A stretch of DNA of 64,000 bases from assembly GCA_002269645.1 (NCBI GenBank), contig NIVC01000755.1, positions 248,001 through 312,000 of the forward strand. The letters run 5' to 3'. This document shows positions 50,598 to 62,974 of this stretch, one piece after another. Under the pieces are notes generated by a model. That model ran no database searches, was not told the origin of the DNA, and saw nothing but the letters and a program-made list of their open reading frames with translations. Position numbers and translations under genes: made by a program. This DNA comes from Macrostomum lignano. Its lineage: Eukaryota. The first letter of the stretch is position 1. Every line of letters starts with the position of its first letter.

Positions 50598-52259
50598 GAG
50601 GCAGATGAAGGACAAAAAGAGGAGGTGGAGAAGGAGGCAAAAAAGGAGGTGGAGAAGGAGGTGGAGAAGGAGGTGGAGAAGGAGGTGGAGAAGGAGGTGG
50701 AGAAGGAGGAGGAGAAGGAGGTGGAGAAGGAGGTGGAAAAGGAGGCAGAGAACGAGGTGGAGAAGGAGGTGGAGAAGGAGGAGGAGGAGAAGGAGGTGGA
50801 GAAGGAGGTGGAGAAGGAGGGGGAGAAGGAGGTGGAGAAGGAGGCAGAGAAGGAGGTGGAGGAGGCAGAGAAGAAGGTGGAGAAGGAGGTGGAGAAAGAG
50901 GTGAAGAAGGAGGTGGAGAAGGAGGAGGAGAAGGAGGTGGAGAAGGAGGTGGAGAAGGAGGTGGAGAAGGAGGTGGAGAAGGAGGTGGAGAAGGAGGTGG
51001 AGAAGGAGGTGGAGAAGGAGGTGGAGAAGGAGGAGGAGAAGGAGGTGGAGAAGGAGGTGGAAAAGGAGGCAGAGAACGAGGTGGAGAAGGAGGTGGAGAA
51101 GGAGGAGGAGAAGGAGGTGGAGAAGGAGGTGGAGAAGGAGGGGGAGAAGGAGGTGGAGAAGGAGGCAGAGAAGGAGGTGGAGGAGGCAGAGAAGAAGGTG
51201 GAGAAGGAGGTGGAGAAAGAGGTGAAGAAGGAGGTGGAGAAGGAGGAGGAGAAGGAGGTGGAGAAGGAGGTGGAGAAGGAGGTGGAGAAGGAAGCAGAGG
51301 AGATGGAGGAGGCAGAGAAGGAGGTGGAGAAGGAGGGGGAGAAGGAGGTGGAGAAGGAGGCAGAGAAGGAGGTGGAGGAGGCAGAGAAGAAGGTGGAGAA
51401 GGAGGTGGAGAAGGAGGCAGAGAAGGAGGGGGAGAAGGAGGTGGAGAAGGAAGAGGAGAAGGAGGTGGAGAAGGAGGTGGAGAAGGAGGAGGAGAAGGAG
51501 GTGGAGAAGGAGGTGGAGAAGGAGGTGGAGAAGGAGGTGGAGAAGGAGGTGGAGAATGAGGTGGAGAAGGAGGAGGAGAAGGAGGTGGAGAAGGAGGTGG
51601 AAAAGGAGGCAGAGAAGGAGGTGGAGGAGGCAGAGAAGGAGGTGGAGAAGGAGGTGGAGAAGGAGGAGGAGGAGGTGGAGAAGGAGGTGGAAAAGGAGGC
51701 AGAGAAGGAGGTGGAGGAGGCAGAGAAGGAGGTGGAGAAGGAGGTGGAGAAAGAGGTGAAGAAGGAGGTGGAGAAGGAGGTGGAGAAGGAGGTGGAGAAG
51801 GAGGTGGAGAAGGAGGTGGAGAAGGAGGTGGAGAAGGAAGCAGAGAAGGAGATGGAGGAGGCAGAGAAGGAGGGGGAGAAGGAGGTGGAGAAGGAGGTGG
51901 AAAAGGAGGTGGAAAAGGAGGCAGAGAAGGAGGCAGAGAAGGAGGTGGAGAAGGAGGTGGAGAAGGAGGTGGAGAAGGAGGTGGAGAAGGAGGTGGAGAA
52001 GGAGGTGGAGAAGGAAGCAGAGAAGGAGATGGAGGAGGCAGAGAAGGAGGGGGAGAAGGAGGTGGAGAAGGAGGTGGAAAAGGAGGTGGAAAAGGAGGCA
52101 GAGAAGGAGGCAGAGAAGGAGGTGGAGAAGGAGGTGGAGAAGGAGGTGGAGAAGGAGGTGGAGAAGGAGGTGGAGAAGGAGGTGGAGAAGGAGGCAGAGA
52201 AGGAGGTGGAGAAGGAGGCGCAGAAGGAAGGGGATGAAAAGAGATGGAAAGTTGGATAA
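50598..52259 (+). CDS. Putative exon encoding an E/K/V-rich (EVEK)n repeat protein; may be non-coding repeat
   Basis: 556-aa ORF, gacccag acceptor in phase 0, unit variants keep the frame and several are synonymous; no homology recognised. Confidence 0.3.
   Translation, partial: EADEGQKEEVEKEAKKEVEKEVEKEVEKEVEKEVEKEEEKEVEKEVEKEAENEVEKEVEKEEEEKEVEKEVEKEGEKEVEKEAEKEVEEAEKKVEKEVEKEVKKEVEKEEEKEVEKEVEKEVEKEVEKEVEKEVEKEVEKEVEKEEEKEVEKEVEKEAENEVEKEVEKEEEKEVEKEVEKEGEKEVEKEAEKEVEEAEKKVEKEVEKEVKKEVEKEEEKEVEKEVEKEVEKEAEEMEEAEKEVEKEGEKEVEKEAEKEVEEAEKKVEKEVEKEAEKEGEKEVEKEEEKEVEKEVEKEEEKEVEKEVEKEVEKEVEKEVENEVEKEEEKEVEKEVEKEAEKEVEEAEKEVEKEVEKEEEEVEKEVEKEAEKEVEEAEKEVEKEVEKEVKKEVEKEVEKEVEKEVEKEVEKEVEKEAEKEMEEAEKEGEKEVEKEVEKEVEKEAEKEAEKEVEKEVEKEVEKEVEKEVEKEVEKEAEKEMEEAEKEGEKEVEKEVEKEVEKEAEKEAEKEVEKEVEKEVEKEVEKEVEKEVEKEAEKEVEKEAQKEGDEKRWKVG
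50617..52225. repeat. Purine-rich 12-nt repeat (gaggtggagaag)
   Basis: direct reading. Confidence 0.97.
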
Positions 52260-52744
52260 AAAGAGGCAAAAGAGAAAGCAGATGAGGTGAAGAAGGATGT
52301 GGAGAAAAATCGTCGGAAAGGAGACGGAAAAGATGGCAAAAAGATGAGGTAAATGACGGAGTAAGAATGTACTAAAAAGTACAAAACAGCAGTCAATCGA
52401 ATGCCTAAAAAGAGCACTGTGAGCACTGTGAGCACTGAGCGCTAGCGGCAGGAATCAGACAAGCTCATTATCAGCTATTCAAGTCTGGAGTCTCGGGCTT
52501 CGGTGGGAGTTCTGAATTCTAAGTAAAAATGGCTGCATATCGCCAAATGAGTCGCTATGAAAAACTCAAAATCGCTAACGAAAAACGGCTTCCTAAAAAT
52601 TCGTCTGCCGGTTGCTATTTTGAACTGATCCTGACTAAGGAATCGCCAACATTGAATCATATTACTATCGTAAAAAGTTTAACAAAATTATTGATAGTAT
52701 CAACATTGCACGGAAGGGCTTTCTGAAGTGTCAGTCATGCTGCA

Positions 52745-52985
52745 TCAGGCATGGAGTGTCAGGCATGGAGTGTCAGGCATGGAGTGTCAGGCATGGAGTG
52801 TCAAGCATGATGTGTCAGACATAGAGAGTCAGGCATGGAGTGTCAGGCATGGAGTGTCAGGCATGGAGTGTCAGGCATGGAGTGTCAGGCATGGAGTGTC
52901 AGACATGGAGTGTCAGACATGGAGTGTCAGGCATGTAGTGTCAGACATGGAGTGTCAGACATGGAGAGTCAGGCATGGAGTGTCG
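52745..52985. repeat. 14-nt minisatellite (aggcatggagtgtc), just 3' of the Rdx-like stop codon
   Basis: direct reading. Confidence 0.95.
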
Positions 52986-53002
52986 CGTGAGGCTCGGGGC
53001 AG

Positions 53003-53324
53003 TCAGCAGTCGCAGGTGACATGCCTAATGAGCCACAGCTGCACAGTGTCCACAATGACCTGCGGCGGCGGCAGGCTCTCATTCTCCAGCAGTTTGCCAT
53101 TGTGGGCCGGCACTGAGACAGCCGACAAACCGTTGATGAGCATCGATAGGCCGATGTTGGCGAACTCGCGGCCGATCGGGAGGCAGCGGGTGGTCACCTG
53201 CACGTCTGTGGCGTCGAAGGCGCGCAGAATTTCGCGGCGCAAGTACCAGACATAGTCTTCCAGCTCCATGCCGGCAGAGTAGCTGATCTGCACTGACAGG
53301 GCCGCCTTGTTGTGCGAGGTCATG
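53003..53324 (-). CDS. Coding exon of a small protein, probably Rdx family (SelW/MIEN1-like thioredoxin fold) without CxxC/U
   Basis: cccag acceptor one base before ATG, GC3-rich codons like the other exons, 106 aa to TGA; VQISYSAGM...LRREILRAF..TDVQVT...LSMLING...LPPPQVIVDTV parallels the Rdx pattern V.V.YC..U/C...L...I...F...I....F.I.ING...FP....II. Confidence 0.6.
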
Positions 53325-53326
53325 CT

Positions 53327-53945
53327 GGGTGTCTGCCGGGTGTCTGCTGGGTTTCTGCCGGGTTTCTGCTGGGTTTCTGTTGGGTTTCTGCTGGTTTTCT
53401 GATGGGTTTCTGATGGGTGTTTTCTGGGTGTCTTCTGTGTGTCTTCTAGGTGTCTGCTGGGTGTCTGCCGGGTTTCGCTGGGTTTCTAATGGGTTTCTGC
53501 TGGATGTCTTCTGGGTTTCTGCCGGTTGTCTGCTGGGTTTCTGCTGGGTGTCTTCTGGGTTTCTGCCGGGTTTCGCTGGGTTTCTAATGGGTTTCTGCTG
53601 GATGTCTTCTGGGTTTCTGCCGGTTGTCTGCTGGGTTTCTGCTGGGTGTCTTCTGGGTTTCGGCCGGTTGTCTGCTGGGTTTCCGCTGGGTTTCTGCCGG
53701 GTGTCTGCTGGTTGTCTGACGGGTGTCTGCCGGCTGGCTGTCTGTCGGTGACTTCTTGTCGGCTGCCGGTGTTTTCCAGTGTCTGCTGGCGTCTGCTGGC
53801 GTCTGCTGAGTATCTGTTGAGTGTCTGTCGGGTGTCTGCTGGTGAGTGCTGGGCGTCTGCCGGTATCTGCCGGGTGTCTGCCGAGTGTCTGCCGGCTGTC
53901 TGTCGGTGTCAGCGGAGTGTCTTCTGGGTGTATGACGGGTGTCTG
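53327..53945. repeat. Degenerate about 10-nt repeat (gtctgcYggg) abutting the Rdx-like acceptor
   Basis: direct reading. Confidence 0.9.
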
Positions 53946-54174
53946 CTACCTGAGCGGTCGTAGGCTAACGAGTTTCTTGCTGTTTGAAATATTTTCTTTC
54001 AAATCTTCGCAATAAGAAACTAAATTTAACTTTTGTAGTTGTTGGCAATAATAATACTTTTCACCCATAGATCTGAAAGACTTAGAAGATCCCCACAAAT
54101 TGGCCATAGAAAAGTGAAATTGAGTCGCAGATCTTAAAAACACAAGATGAGCAACTCGCCCTGGATTTGAATGC

Positions 54175-54340
54175 AAAAAGTCCCGCCTATGTCACACCTA
54201 TTCAAGTCCCGCCTATGTCACACCTATTCAAGTCCCGCTTATGTCACACCTATTCAAGTCCCGCTTATGTCACTCCCTATTCAAGTCCCGCTTATGTCAC
54301 ACCTATTCAAGTCCCGCTTATGTCACACCTATTCAGGTCC
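54175..54340. repeat. 26-nt repeat (ttcaagtcccgcttatgtcacaccta), about 6 copies
   Basis: direct reading. Confidence 0.95.
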
Positions 54341-55454
54341 CAAGTCAATATTCAAACCGGCTATGTTGCTGACAAAGTCAAAGTTCTGTACTCTTTCGGG
54401 ACATAGACAGTATTTTTTGTGTCTGCTACATAATGGCCCGATTAATTTCCATCTCCTTACCCAGTTCCCGATGGTCCCACGCTCTTTCTCTACTCTCCAG
54501 ACCCAGTAGTATCATAAGCGTTAATGGTCAGAATCTGCGTTTAAAATATAGAAAGCACTTCAAGCTCCATTGCAGCAAGAGACTGTAGCATGGGCCTCCT
54601 AAGGCGTGGTTCTACGCTTAACTGATGAGCTCCAATGATCCCCACCATTCACTACTTCCCCTGTGAGAAATATATCAAATCTCCTGTAGAGTCTGGTTAC
54701 CTTGGTCACCAGGTGGTCCGGACGGTTCCTGTGGCCCTGTTCCGACTCGGGGTTGGGTCCCATGGTTCCGAGGACGCTGTGACAGGGACCAGTGCCTCCT
54801 CCCATCCGCCCCCCGGCACCTAGACCTAACACTAACCTCACTACTCGGTGGCACCGCCTGCGATCGCAGAGAGTGACATCTTTTGTTTGAAATTTGTTTG
54901 TTCTAGCCACAGATACTGTAGAGAAGTGAGCTATCGGATCTGTCCGGCTTTGGCCATAGACAACAGCTTGAAAACTAAGTTATAAAATGCGTTATAGACA
55001 AATTTAAAAGAAAAACTCTGAACAGATGCCAAAATGAGAGTAGTGCATCTCATCAAGTGTAAAACCTTTTGCAGGCGATGCCGCTGAAATTTTTCTCCAA
55101 GGAGGGCAAGGACCACGGCAGGGACCACAAGGGCCGCGAGGACAGCGAAATCGATCTGGCCGAGAAGGCGGAAAAGTTTTGTAAGCGCTTTTTTAATTGA
55201 GAATCTTCTTAGTAGCATCGTAAAAAAGCCATCATTCGCTACTGAGACTGATTCAGTAGTGTAGTAGGATCTAAGCGGAATTTTACCAAACCAAGTTATT
55301 AAAATAGTTATATTACACTTTACCTTAGGAGTTTTGATGAAAAAAGAGCATTATATCTCTTTAACTGTTACTAGTTTTTTGCCTTCTAAACATTATTGAA
55401 ACTATAAAATAGTTCAATTTAGTAATGTAGTGGAGCTGCTGTTTCCCGGCGGCT

Positions 55455-56150
55455 GCTGTCTTCCTGGTCCTTCTGTCGGTTGATGCGGTCTTCCTGGTCC
55501 TTCTGTCGGTTGATGCTGTCTGTCTGGTCCTTCTGTCGGTTGATGCTGTCTGTATGGTCCTTCTGTTGGTTGATGCTGTCTTCCTGGTCCTTCTGTCGGT
55601 TGATGCTGTCTTCCTGGTCCTTCTGTCGGTTAATGCGGTCTGTCTGGTCCTTCTGTCGGTTGATGCTGTCTGTCTGGTCCTTCTGTCGGTTGATGCTGTC
55701 TTCCTGGTCCTTCTGTCGGTTGATGCGGTCTGTCTGGTCCTTCTGTCGGTTGATGCTGTCTTCCTGGTCCTTCTGTCGGTTGATGCTGTCTTCCTGGTCC
55801 TTCTGTCGGTTGATGCTGTCTTTCTGGTCCTTCTGTCGGTTGATGCTGTCTGTATGGTCCTTCTGTTGGTTGATGCTGTCTGTATGGTCCTTCTGTTGGT
55901 TGATGCTGTCTTCCTGGTCCTTCTGTCGGTTGATGCTGTCTGTATGGTCCTTCTGTCGGTTGATGCTGTCTTCCTGGTCCTTCTGTCGGTTGATGCTGTC
56001 TGTCTGGTCCTTCTGTCGGTTGATGCTGTCTGTCTGGTCCTTCTGTCGGTTGATGCTGTCTTCCTGGTCCTTCTGTCGGTTGATGCTGTCTTCCTGGTCC
56101 TTCTGTCGGTTGATGCTGTCTGTCTGGTCCTTCTGTCGGTTGATGCTGTC
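55455..56150. repeat. 30-nt minisatellite (ctggtccttctgtcggttgatgctgtcttc), about 23 copies
   Basis: direct reading. Confidence 0.97.
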
Positions 56151-56949
56151 TGAGTGGATTCTCTTCCCAGTTACCAGAGCTCACCCGATGCCGGGAATGA
56201 ATGAATCCCCATCTTCCCCGCTGAGGAGTCTTGCATAAATAATGCCGCAATGGGATCGCAGTGAATTTCAATAGAGAGCCTGCCGTTCCTCCTTCATCTC
56301 CATCTTCTCGCTTGCTGCCTGCCCCGCGCCAGTTTCCGCTGCACCAGCTCAGCCAGGCAGCCCCCAACCCCGACCGTAAAACACACAATGATCCCAATCA
56401 GCATAGTGGCTGCATATTGTACAGAGTTATGTCAGTATAGTAAAAATATGTAAAATTTCGAAAAGTGCCGCTCTGCCCTCAGTTCCCTGCTGTTTCCTGT
56501 CTGCCTGTCTGCCTGTCTCTCCGCTCTCCAGCCGGATCCTGCCCAGCCCGAGGACGCGGGACTTCCAAAACTGTTGGGGCGAATTGCACTGCAACGGCTT
56601 TCTGCACTTGCAGCAGCAGCAGCAGCAGCAGCCCGTAGCGAAGGAACCATTTTTGCCCCACACTCAGGAAGCTCCCATCCCTCTCCCTCCTCTCCCCCCT
56701 CCCTGAGCCGAAGCGCCGCAATCCCGGCCCGCACTGCAGATTCCTACGCCTCTCTCTCTTGCGCAGCTGCTGAGCGACTAATCCTCTTCCCCTGCCCCTC
56801 CCCGCCCCCAGTCCATCCTCAGGCCTGCAAGGATTTAAACTAAACCTTGCAAGCGGAGACTGTCAGGAAAAAAGAACAAGAGAAAATCATTGCTGACTAA
56901 TTTCTGTTTGACAGCAGCTGACAAATCTGTTCCCTACTCAGCTCAGGCA

Positions 56950-56980
56950 ATGAAGGACAAGGACAAGGTCAAGTCTTGGT
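56950..56980 (+). CDS. PRKACA: PKA-C candidate alternative first exon A (MKDKDKVKSW + T)
   Basis: ATG-initiated 10 codons plus 1 nt, consensus gtaagt donor, phase 1 as needed by the 62975 acceptor (T+TC=Phe). Confidence 0.6.
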
Positions 56981-57456
56981 GTAAGTGTCAGTGGCTCTCT
57001 GGTCGAGTGCGGTTCCTATAATTACAATGGCTATATTAATAATTTTTGTGTTAAGCTTTGAGAGAAAGGTATTTTTTGTTAAAATGAATTACGAATTGCT
57101 AGGATGGGTCCAACAGGATCTTCAGAACTTCAGATGTTTAGAGAGAATAAGTTTCCATTTTAAAATTAGAGAATTAAAGACAATTAAATTTTACTAAATT
57201 AAGAACTTTTAAGATTAAGGATTACTAGGGAAACAAATACCGGAGTTCGCGATTGCATTAAATTCGACGCTAGAAAATCCCTAACCTTCATCTGTGTCCC
57301 ATCCAGCTTCCGTGAGCCACGCCTCCTAACAGGCCCAATGCCAGTAAACAGTAATTATTTTCAATTCAAGTCCCATTGCTAAGCGTGTCAGAACAAAGCA
57401 GAGCAGACCTTACTGTAGAAAAGATCAGTAGGAAATCGGAAAGTTTGCTGGCATGC

Positions 57457-57529
57457 ATGGACGGCCGAGTTTGCGCATGCATAATTCAGAGCCAAGGGGC
57501 ATCGGCAAAGAGCCCTGAGCAGTCAGGCT
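57457..57529 (+). CDS. PRKACA: PKA-C candidate alternative first exon B (MDGRVCACIIQSQGASAKSPEQSG + T)
   Basis: ATG-initiated, phase-1 gtaaga donor; end AKSPEQSG resembles AKKGSEQES. Confidence 0.35.
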
Positions 57530-57957
57530 GTAAGAGTTAGAAGAAAAAGAAGTCCGAAAGTTGGCGCCCGCCATCCCACCCAGACGGACGCTGCGAGACG
57601 GAACCGATGAATGATGAAGGCTGGGAGAGGCTGGGAGAGGATTACTGCTAGCCCGAGGGCTCGAATAGATTGGCTTGCTTTTAGTCTAGCCAGCCGTGAG
57701 AGGAGTCTGGGTATGGACTGTCCAAGTCGAAAGCAAAGTGCAGCAGATCCGGTGTGTGCAGCACCAGCTGTCCCGGGCTGACAATGTCCGATGCAGTGAT
57801 GGGCCTCAGTGCGACATCTTATAGACCCAGCGGCCTGGTGGCTTTGTGGCCGCATATTAATCGGATTAACGATGGCGGTGGAGTCTGTGTCATATATTAG
57901 CCTTAGAATGGGACTTCCATCAGATGTCCATTTATCACTGGTGTTTACGCGCATAGT

Positions 57958-59030
57958 GTTCACATTGCAGTGTGGCCTCTGCTGTGTCAGTTCACATTGC
58001 AGTGTGGCCTCTGCTGTGTCAGTTCACATTGCTATGTAGCCTCTGAACTGACACAGCAGAGGCCACACTGCAATTTGAACTGACACAGCACATTGCATTG
58101 TAGCCTCTGCTGTGTCAGTTCACATTGCAGTGTGGCCTCTGCTGTGTCAGTTCACATTGCAGTGTGGCCTCTGCTGTGTCAGTTCACATTGCTATGTAGC
58201 CTCTGAACTGACACAGCAGAGGCCACACTGCAATTTGAACTGACACAGCACATTGCATTGTAGCCTCAGCTGTGTCAGTTCACATTGCAGTGTGGCCTCT
58301 GCTGTGTCAGTTCACATTGCAGTGTGGCCTCTGCTGTGTCAGTTCACATTGCTATGTAGCCTCTGAACTGACACAGCAGAGGCCACACTGCAATTTGAAC
58401 TGACACAGCACATTGCATTGTAGCCTCAGCTGTGTCAGTTCACATTGCAGTGTGGCCTCTGCTGTGTCAGTTCAAATTGCAGTGTAGCCTCTGCTGTGTC
58501 AGTTCACATTGCAGTGTAGCCTCTGCTGTGTCAGTTCACATTGCAGTGTAGCCTCTGCTGTGTCAGTTCACATTGCAGTGCGGCCTCTGCTGTGTCAGTT
58601 CACATTGCAGTGTAGCCTCTGCTGTGTCAGTTCACATTGCAGTGTAGCCTCTGCTGTGTCAGTTCACATTGCAGTGTGGCCTCTGCTGTGTCAGTTCACA
58701 TTGCAGTGTGGCCTCTGCTGTGTCAGTTCACATTGCAGTGTAGCCTCTGCTGTGTCAGTTCACATTGCAGTGTGGCCTCTGCTGTGTCAGTTCACATTGC
58801 AGTGTGGCCTCTGCTGTGTCAGTTCACATTGCAGTGTGGCCTCTGCTGTGTCAGTTCACATTGCAGTGTGGCCTCTGCTGTGTCAGTTCACATTGCAGTG
58901 TAGCCTCTGCTGTGTCAGTTCACATTGCAGTGTAGCCTCTGCTGTGTCAGTTCACATTGCAGTGTGGCCTCTGCTGTGTCAGTTAACATTGCAGTGCGGC
59001 CTCTGCTGTGTCAGTTCACATTGCAGTGTC
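57958..59030. repeat. 32-nt minisatellite (tgcagtgtggcctctgctgtgtcagttcacat) with three internal inverted segments
   Basis: direct reading; inverted blocks recur with 160-nt period. Confidence 0.96.
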
Positions 59031-61194
59031 TCTGCTCATATTGCTAATTACGGTGAAGGCAAAACTCATCAGATTATTGCCTCAGAGATTCATCATCCCA
59101 GCTTGAATATTATTGCTATTCCGTCACATTAATTAGCTGAATTGAGCCTTCGGCAGTGGTGCAGCGTTTATAGTACACTTGACCCGAGGCGAGTCACTTG
59201 TCAATCATCTTCATACAATTGGAGGCAGAGCTGAGCTTCCTCAGCTAGCTCATACCAAGTGCCTGATACGCCCGTGAGTTATCTGAGTATATCTAAAGAC
59301 AGAGTCAAGTAGGATTTCCCCTGACCAACCGGGATAAATTCGTTATTTGCTCTGTCCAGCCCAATGGATTTTGACAAGCCTGTCTGCCCTCTCTTTTTAT
59401 TTGCTCGGTTCTGCAGCCAGCCGTTCCCCGGCCGGGCTGACAGGCGGTTTAGCTGGATGCGCGCAGACACGCACGATTCAGGCGTGGCCACCCATGGCGT
59501 GGCGTGGGCTCGCCGGGTGCGTGACTCGAAGTCTTTCTCTGCATGCTGCAGATGATCTGGGCATGCACAGACGTCTCTCTCATCCCGTCACTAGAAATCC
59601 TCTTTTTTGGAATCGTTTTATCAATGAACGCTCCCAATAGAGAGGGGTTGATAGACACTAGATGCTGCAGCTGGCACTGCTCGCTTCATCGCCACGCGAG
59701 CACTTCCGTATTCAGCAGCGAGGTTTTGTCAGCCAAGCGTGGCTGAGAGGCAGGCAGGCAAAAAGCAAAACATGCTCCCTGCAGATCAACACGCAGTCAG
59801 ACGCAGAGCCGCTATGGATAAAATAACGACAGCACATTGCAGACATTGGGCATGTGGCGCTACTGCAGGCTGGAGGGCACAGGATAGAGATGAGGAGAGA
59901 GGCAGGGCGCAAATGTCAGTTGAGGCCATGGCAGGGGGCGGCGTCTCCAATTCCCCATTCCATAAACAGCCATGCGGGCGATCCCAGGCTCTCTCATATC
60001 TCAAACGCCCAACCCCCACTGTCCCACAGTCGATTCCAGCTCAATCCCGTGGGGCTCGGAACGGCGAGGCCCTAATCAGAGAGACTGCGGGGAAATTAAA
60101 ATGCCCGTCAGCCAGCCGCAGGGGAGGCCGGGGAAGTCATCGTTGGCAAGGGAGTAATATAAAACAGAGCATTTGCAAAGACTGACGCGAAAGGATGCCT
60201 CCTTGGGGAGCTGCAACTCAATATTCTTCTTGCTCTCTGCTCTCCTCAGTCCAAGTCGGAGCCCAGATTGGGGCGAGACGGATAAATTGACACTGAATGC
60301 CAGGAGTGATGAGGCATAGCTAAGGTTTCTTCCGAATGATTTCCGTCCTATCGCGAGTGATAGTGTCGCGATTATTGATTGATTCCTTGTACTACTTCCT
60401 TGTTCATCTCTTACCAGACCCTCCGCCCTGTCCTTGGAAGACTGGCTGCACACCAACCCCGCCACAGGTGACGATCTTACGAGCTACGTACGATGCTGTT
60501 ACAACAACAAGGACGTCGATCGTAGTCCGTGGGGTCCGTGGCGTTGTTTATGGGGGCATTTAATGTTCAAAAAACAGTTCACACAGAGGGGAGAAAGTGG
60601 GACGCTTGCGGTTAGATTATCTTCTAGTCCAGGTCCTTGAGTGAAAACTATTCAGAGGTTTTGTCTTGAACGATAAAGTTGTGAAGCTATGTATTTTAAT
60701 TAATTTAAAATGGTCGTTAAAATCCTTATTTTTCGTTTTAAGTTTTAATGTCATTCATTAACCTACCTACATGTATAAGTCGTCCTTGCTCATAGAGTCA
60801 TAACTCACAAACGCTGTATAAAACATGATAGTCAAACGTTAATGGGACAAAGCAGAAATCAAAGATCGGAATTATTTGCAAAAAATGCTTTCTGTCTTAG
60901 TCTTAAAAAAATTATCAGAAACATTCCACACATGTTACTTGTTAAAATATATGCTGCATTTTCAGTCGCTGCATTTTTTGGCGCGAATTCGAAAAGCACG
61001 AAAATTCTAATTTCCGTAGAATCGTCCTCCGAACCAACCGAGCAAGGGGTGAATAAAAGTTACTGTACGAGGTCTTTCACAGCTCCCTGTCCCACTGTTC
61101 CTACTGAATTAGATATTATCGCTGACTTTCAAACATATCAAAGTTATTTTGGTTAGTCTTTTGGCATTGAAGTTAAAAAGAGAGTGAGCGAAAA

Positions 61195-61255
61195 ATGAAT
61201 ATTATTCGAAAACTCGGGAATACCCAACAGTCGAAAAAGAGTGATCCTTCAGATG
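61195..61255 (+). CDS. PRKACA: PKA-C first exon C (MNIIRKLGNTQQSKKSDPSD + G)
   Basis: ATG-initiated 20 codons plus G, gtgagt donor, G+TC=Val giving GNTQQSKKSDPSDVKAFL, similar to [20 protein letters not shown]. Confidence 0.8.
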
Positions 61256-62974
61256 GTGAGTATCTGTGAATTTTCAAATAAAAATAGAAAACAACCTTTT
61301 AAGCTCCAACTATGTCTTGGTGATATACTATACAGTAGTTTATTTCTGTGCTGGGTTTCAGTACTAAAATATGAATGTTTGATTATTAGGCTACATTATA
61401 TATTCTTTAAAAGATACACTTAATTTAATATATATAATATTAATATCCTTAATATGGGTAGAGAAGTTTATATTTGCAAAAAATATATGTAACGAATGCA
61501 AAAAAAAATTAAAAGAATAATCTAACAATAAAAAAGAAATAATTTTTTGTTTGCTTATACTCTTTGTCTTAATATTTAATTAAAATATTGATTTGAATAT
61601 TGAATTAGAGATACAATAACATGATATTCAAAAACAAATTTATAGCAAAGCAAAACAAATATACCTGCAATTAAATTATGGTTAAAAAGGGTTATAAACC
61701 TTCAGTTACCATTTTGGCTTTATTTATTTTGCTCAACAAAGAAACTATTTGAAAAAACATGTTATTGTTTGAAAGGTATAGGAAAAGGCAGAAAAGTTAA
61801 AGTAAGAAGGTTTAAAAAGCAAAAATTAAAAAGATATATAATAGTCTATTAAATGTTTAGTTGTCAAATTTATGTATAAAAGAAAGTTCCTCTAATATAA
61901 AAGTATTTTTCTTTATAAAAATATCATCACTGATTACCAAATTAATATTCATAAGGTAATGATTGATCTAGCTATCAATAATATGGCATATATATAATAA
62001 TAATAATAATAAATATTGAACTAATAAAAGTTGTACATTATTGCTATATTTTATTATTACTTTGGTCTTAGAATAACATTGATATAAAAGGCAAAAGCAA
62101 GTTGCAAGGCATAGGTTATATAAGATCAATTTTAAGATCAGAAAGAACAGGATTGGGATCTTCTTTATTTAGTATTGAAAAAAGATAGTTTTTGATATAT
62201 TGTATTTTATTTAATAGGAAAAAGTAAGACAACATAGAAGAAAAGGCTACAAAACATATATTTACAATAAGATATAGATATATATCACTAGAACATCTAG
62301 AGATTGGGCCTAAATTAAGGTGTAAATTAATATATTATAGCAGCAATAACATTTTTGGCTAAACATGACATTAGATCAACAAGGTAAAATTTAAGTGCTA
62401 GTATATTAGAGACAAGATAGAATCTAAATCTCAATCTTAAAATCTTATAATCCAAGCAAAAAATGAAGATCTCCTCTACCCATTCCAAAGAATTTAATCC
62501 TGTTTGGCCTTTATATAGTATGCTTACAAGTGTTAGACACATGACTGAGGATTCCAAAATCCTAAAGTCTTCTGATCACTAGGGTCATATAATCCTAGTT
62601 TTTTTAATCTTAGAATGTTCCTGGGATCTTGTAGGTTAGTTTCAGGGTTTCCCAGGATAACCTAGATTTAAAGGCCAAGAAAATCCTGGGATCTTAGGAT
62701 CAACTTCCCTAATGCAAATGGACCACTACCTTCCTGATATAATAGGTCAAACTTCTTGAAACTGCAACTAACTGATTTCAATAGTAACATTTATGTAAGA
62801 GCTATAAGGAATTTTTATGTTTAAATTGACCATCATAGACCTACTCGAACATATGGTGCCCAGTAGGCCCTAAGTTAGAAATTTCCCACATCTTGAACTC
62901 AGTTATAAATAGTTGCTCAAATGATGGTGGCGACAGTGCAACAGTAATCCCCCACCCCATCCCATTTCTCCCAG

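Noticed and set aside
50515-52435. Minus-strand Pro-rich (extensin-like) and Ser/Phe-rich ORFs
   Set aside because: Antisense readings of the purine repeat; only the + EVEK frame shows a synonymous-type variant pattern
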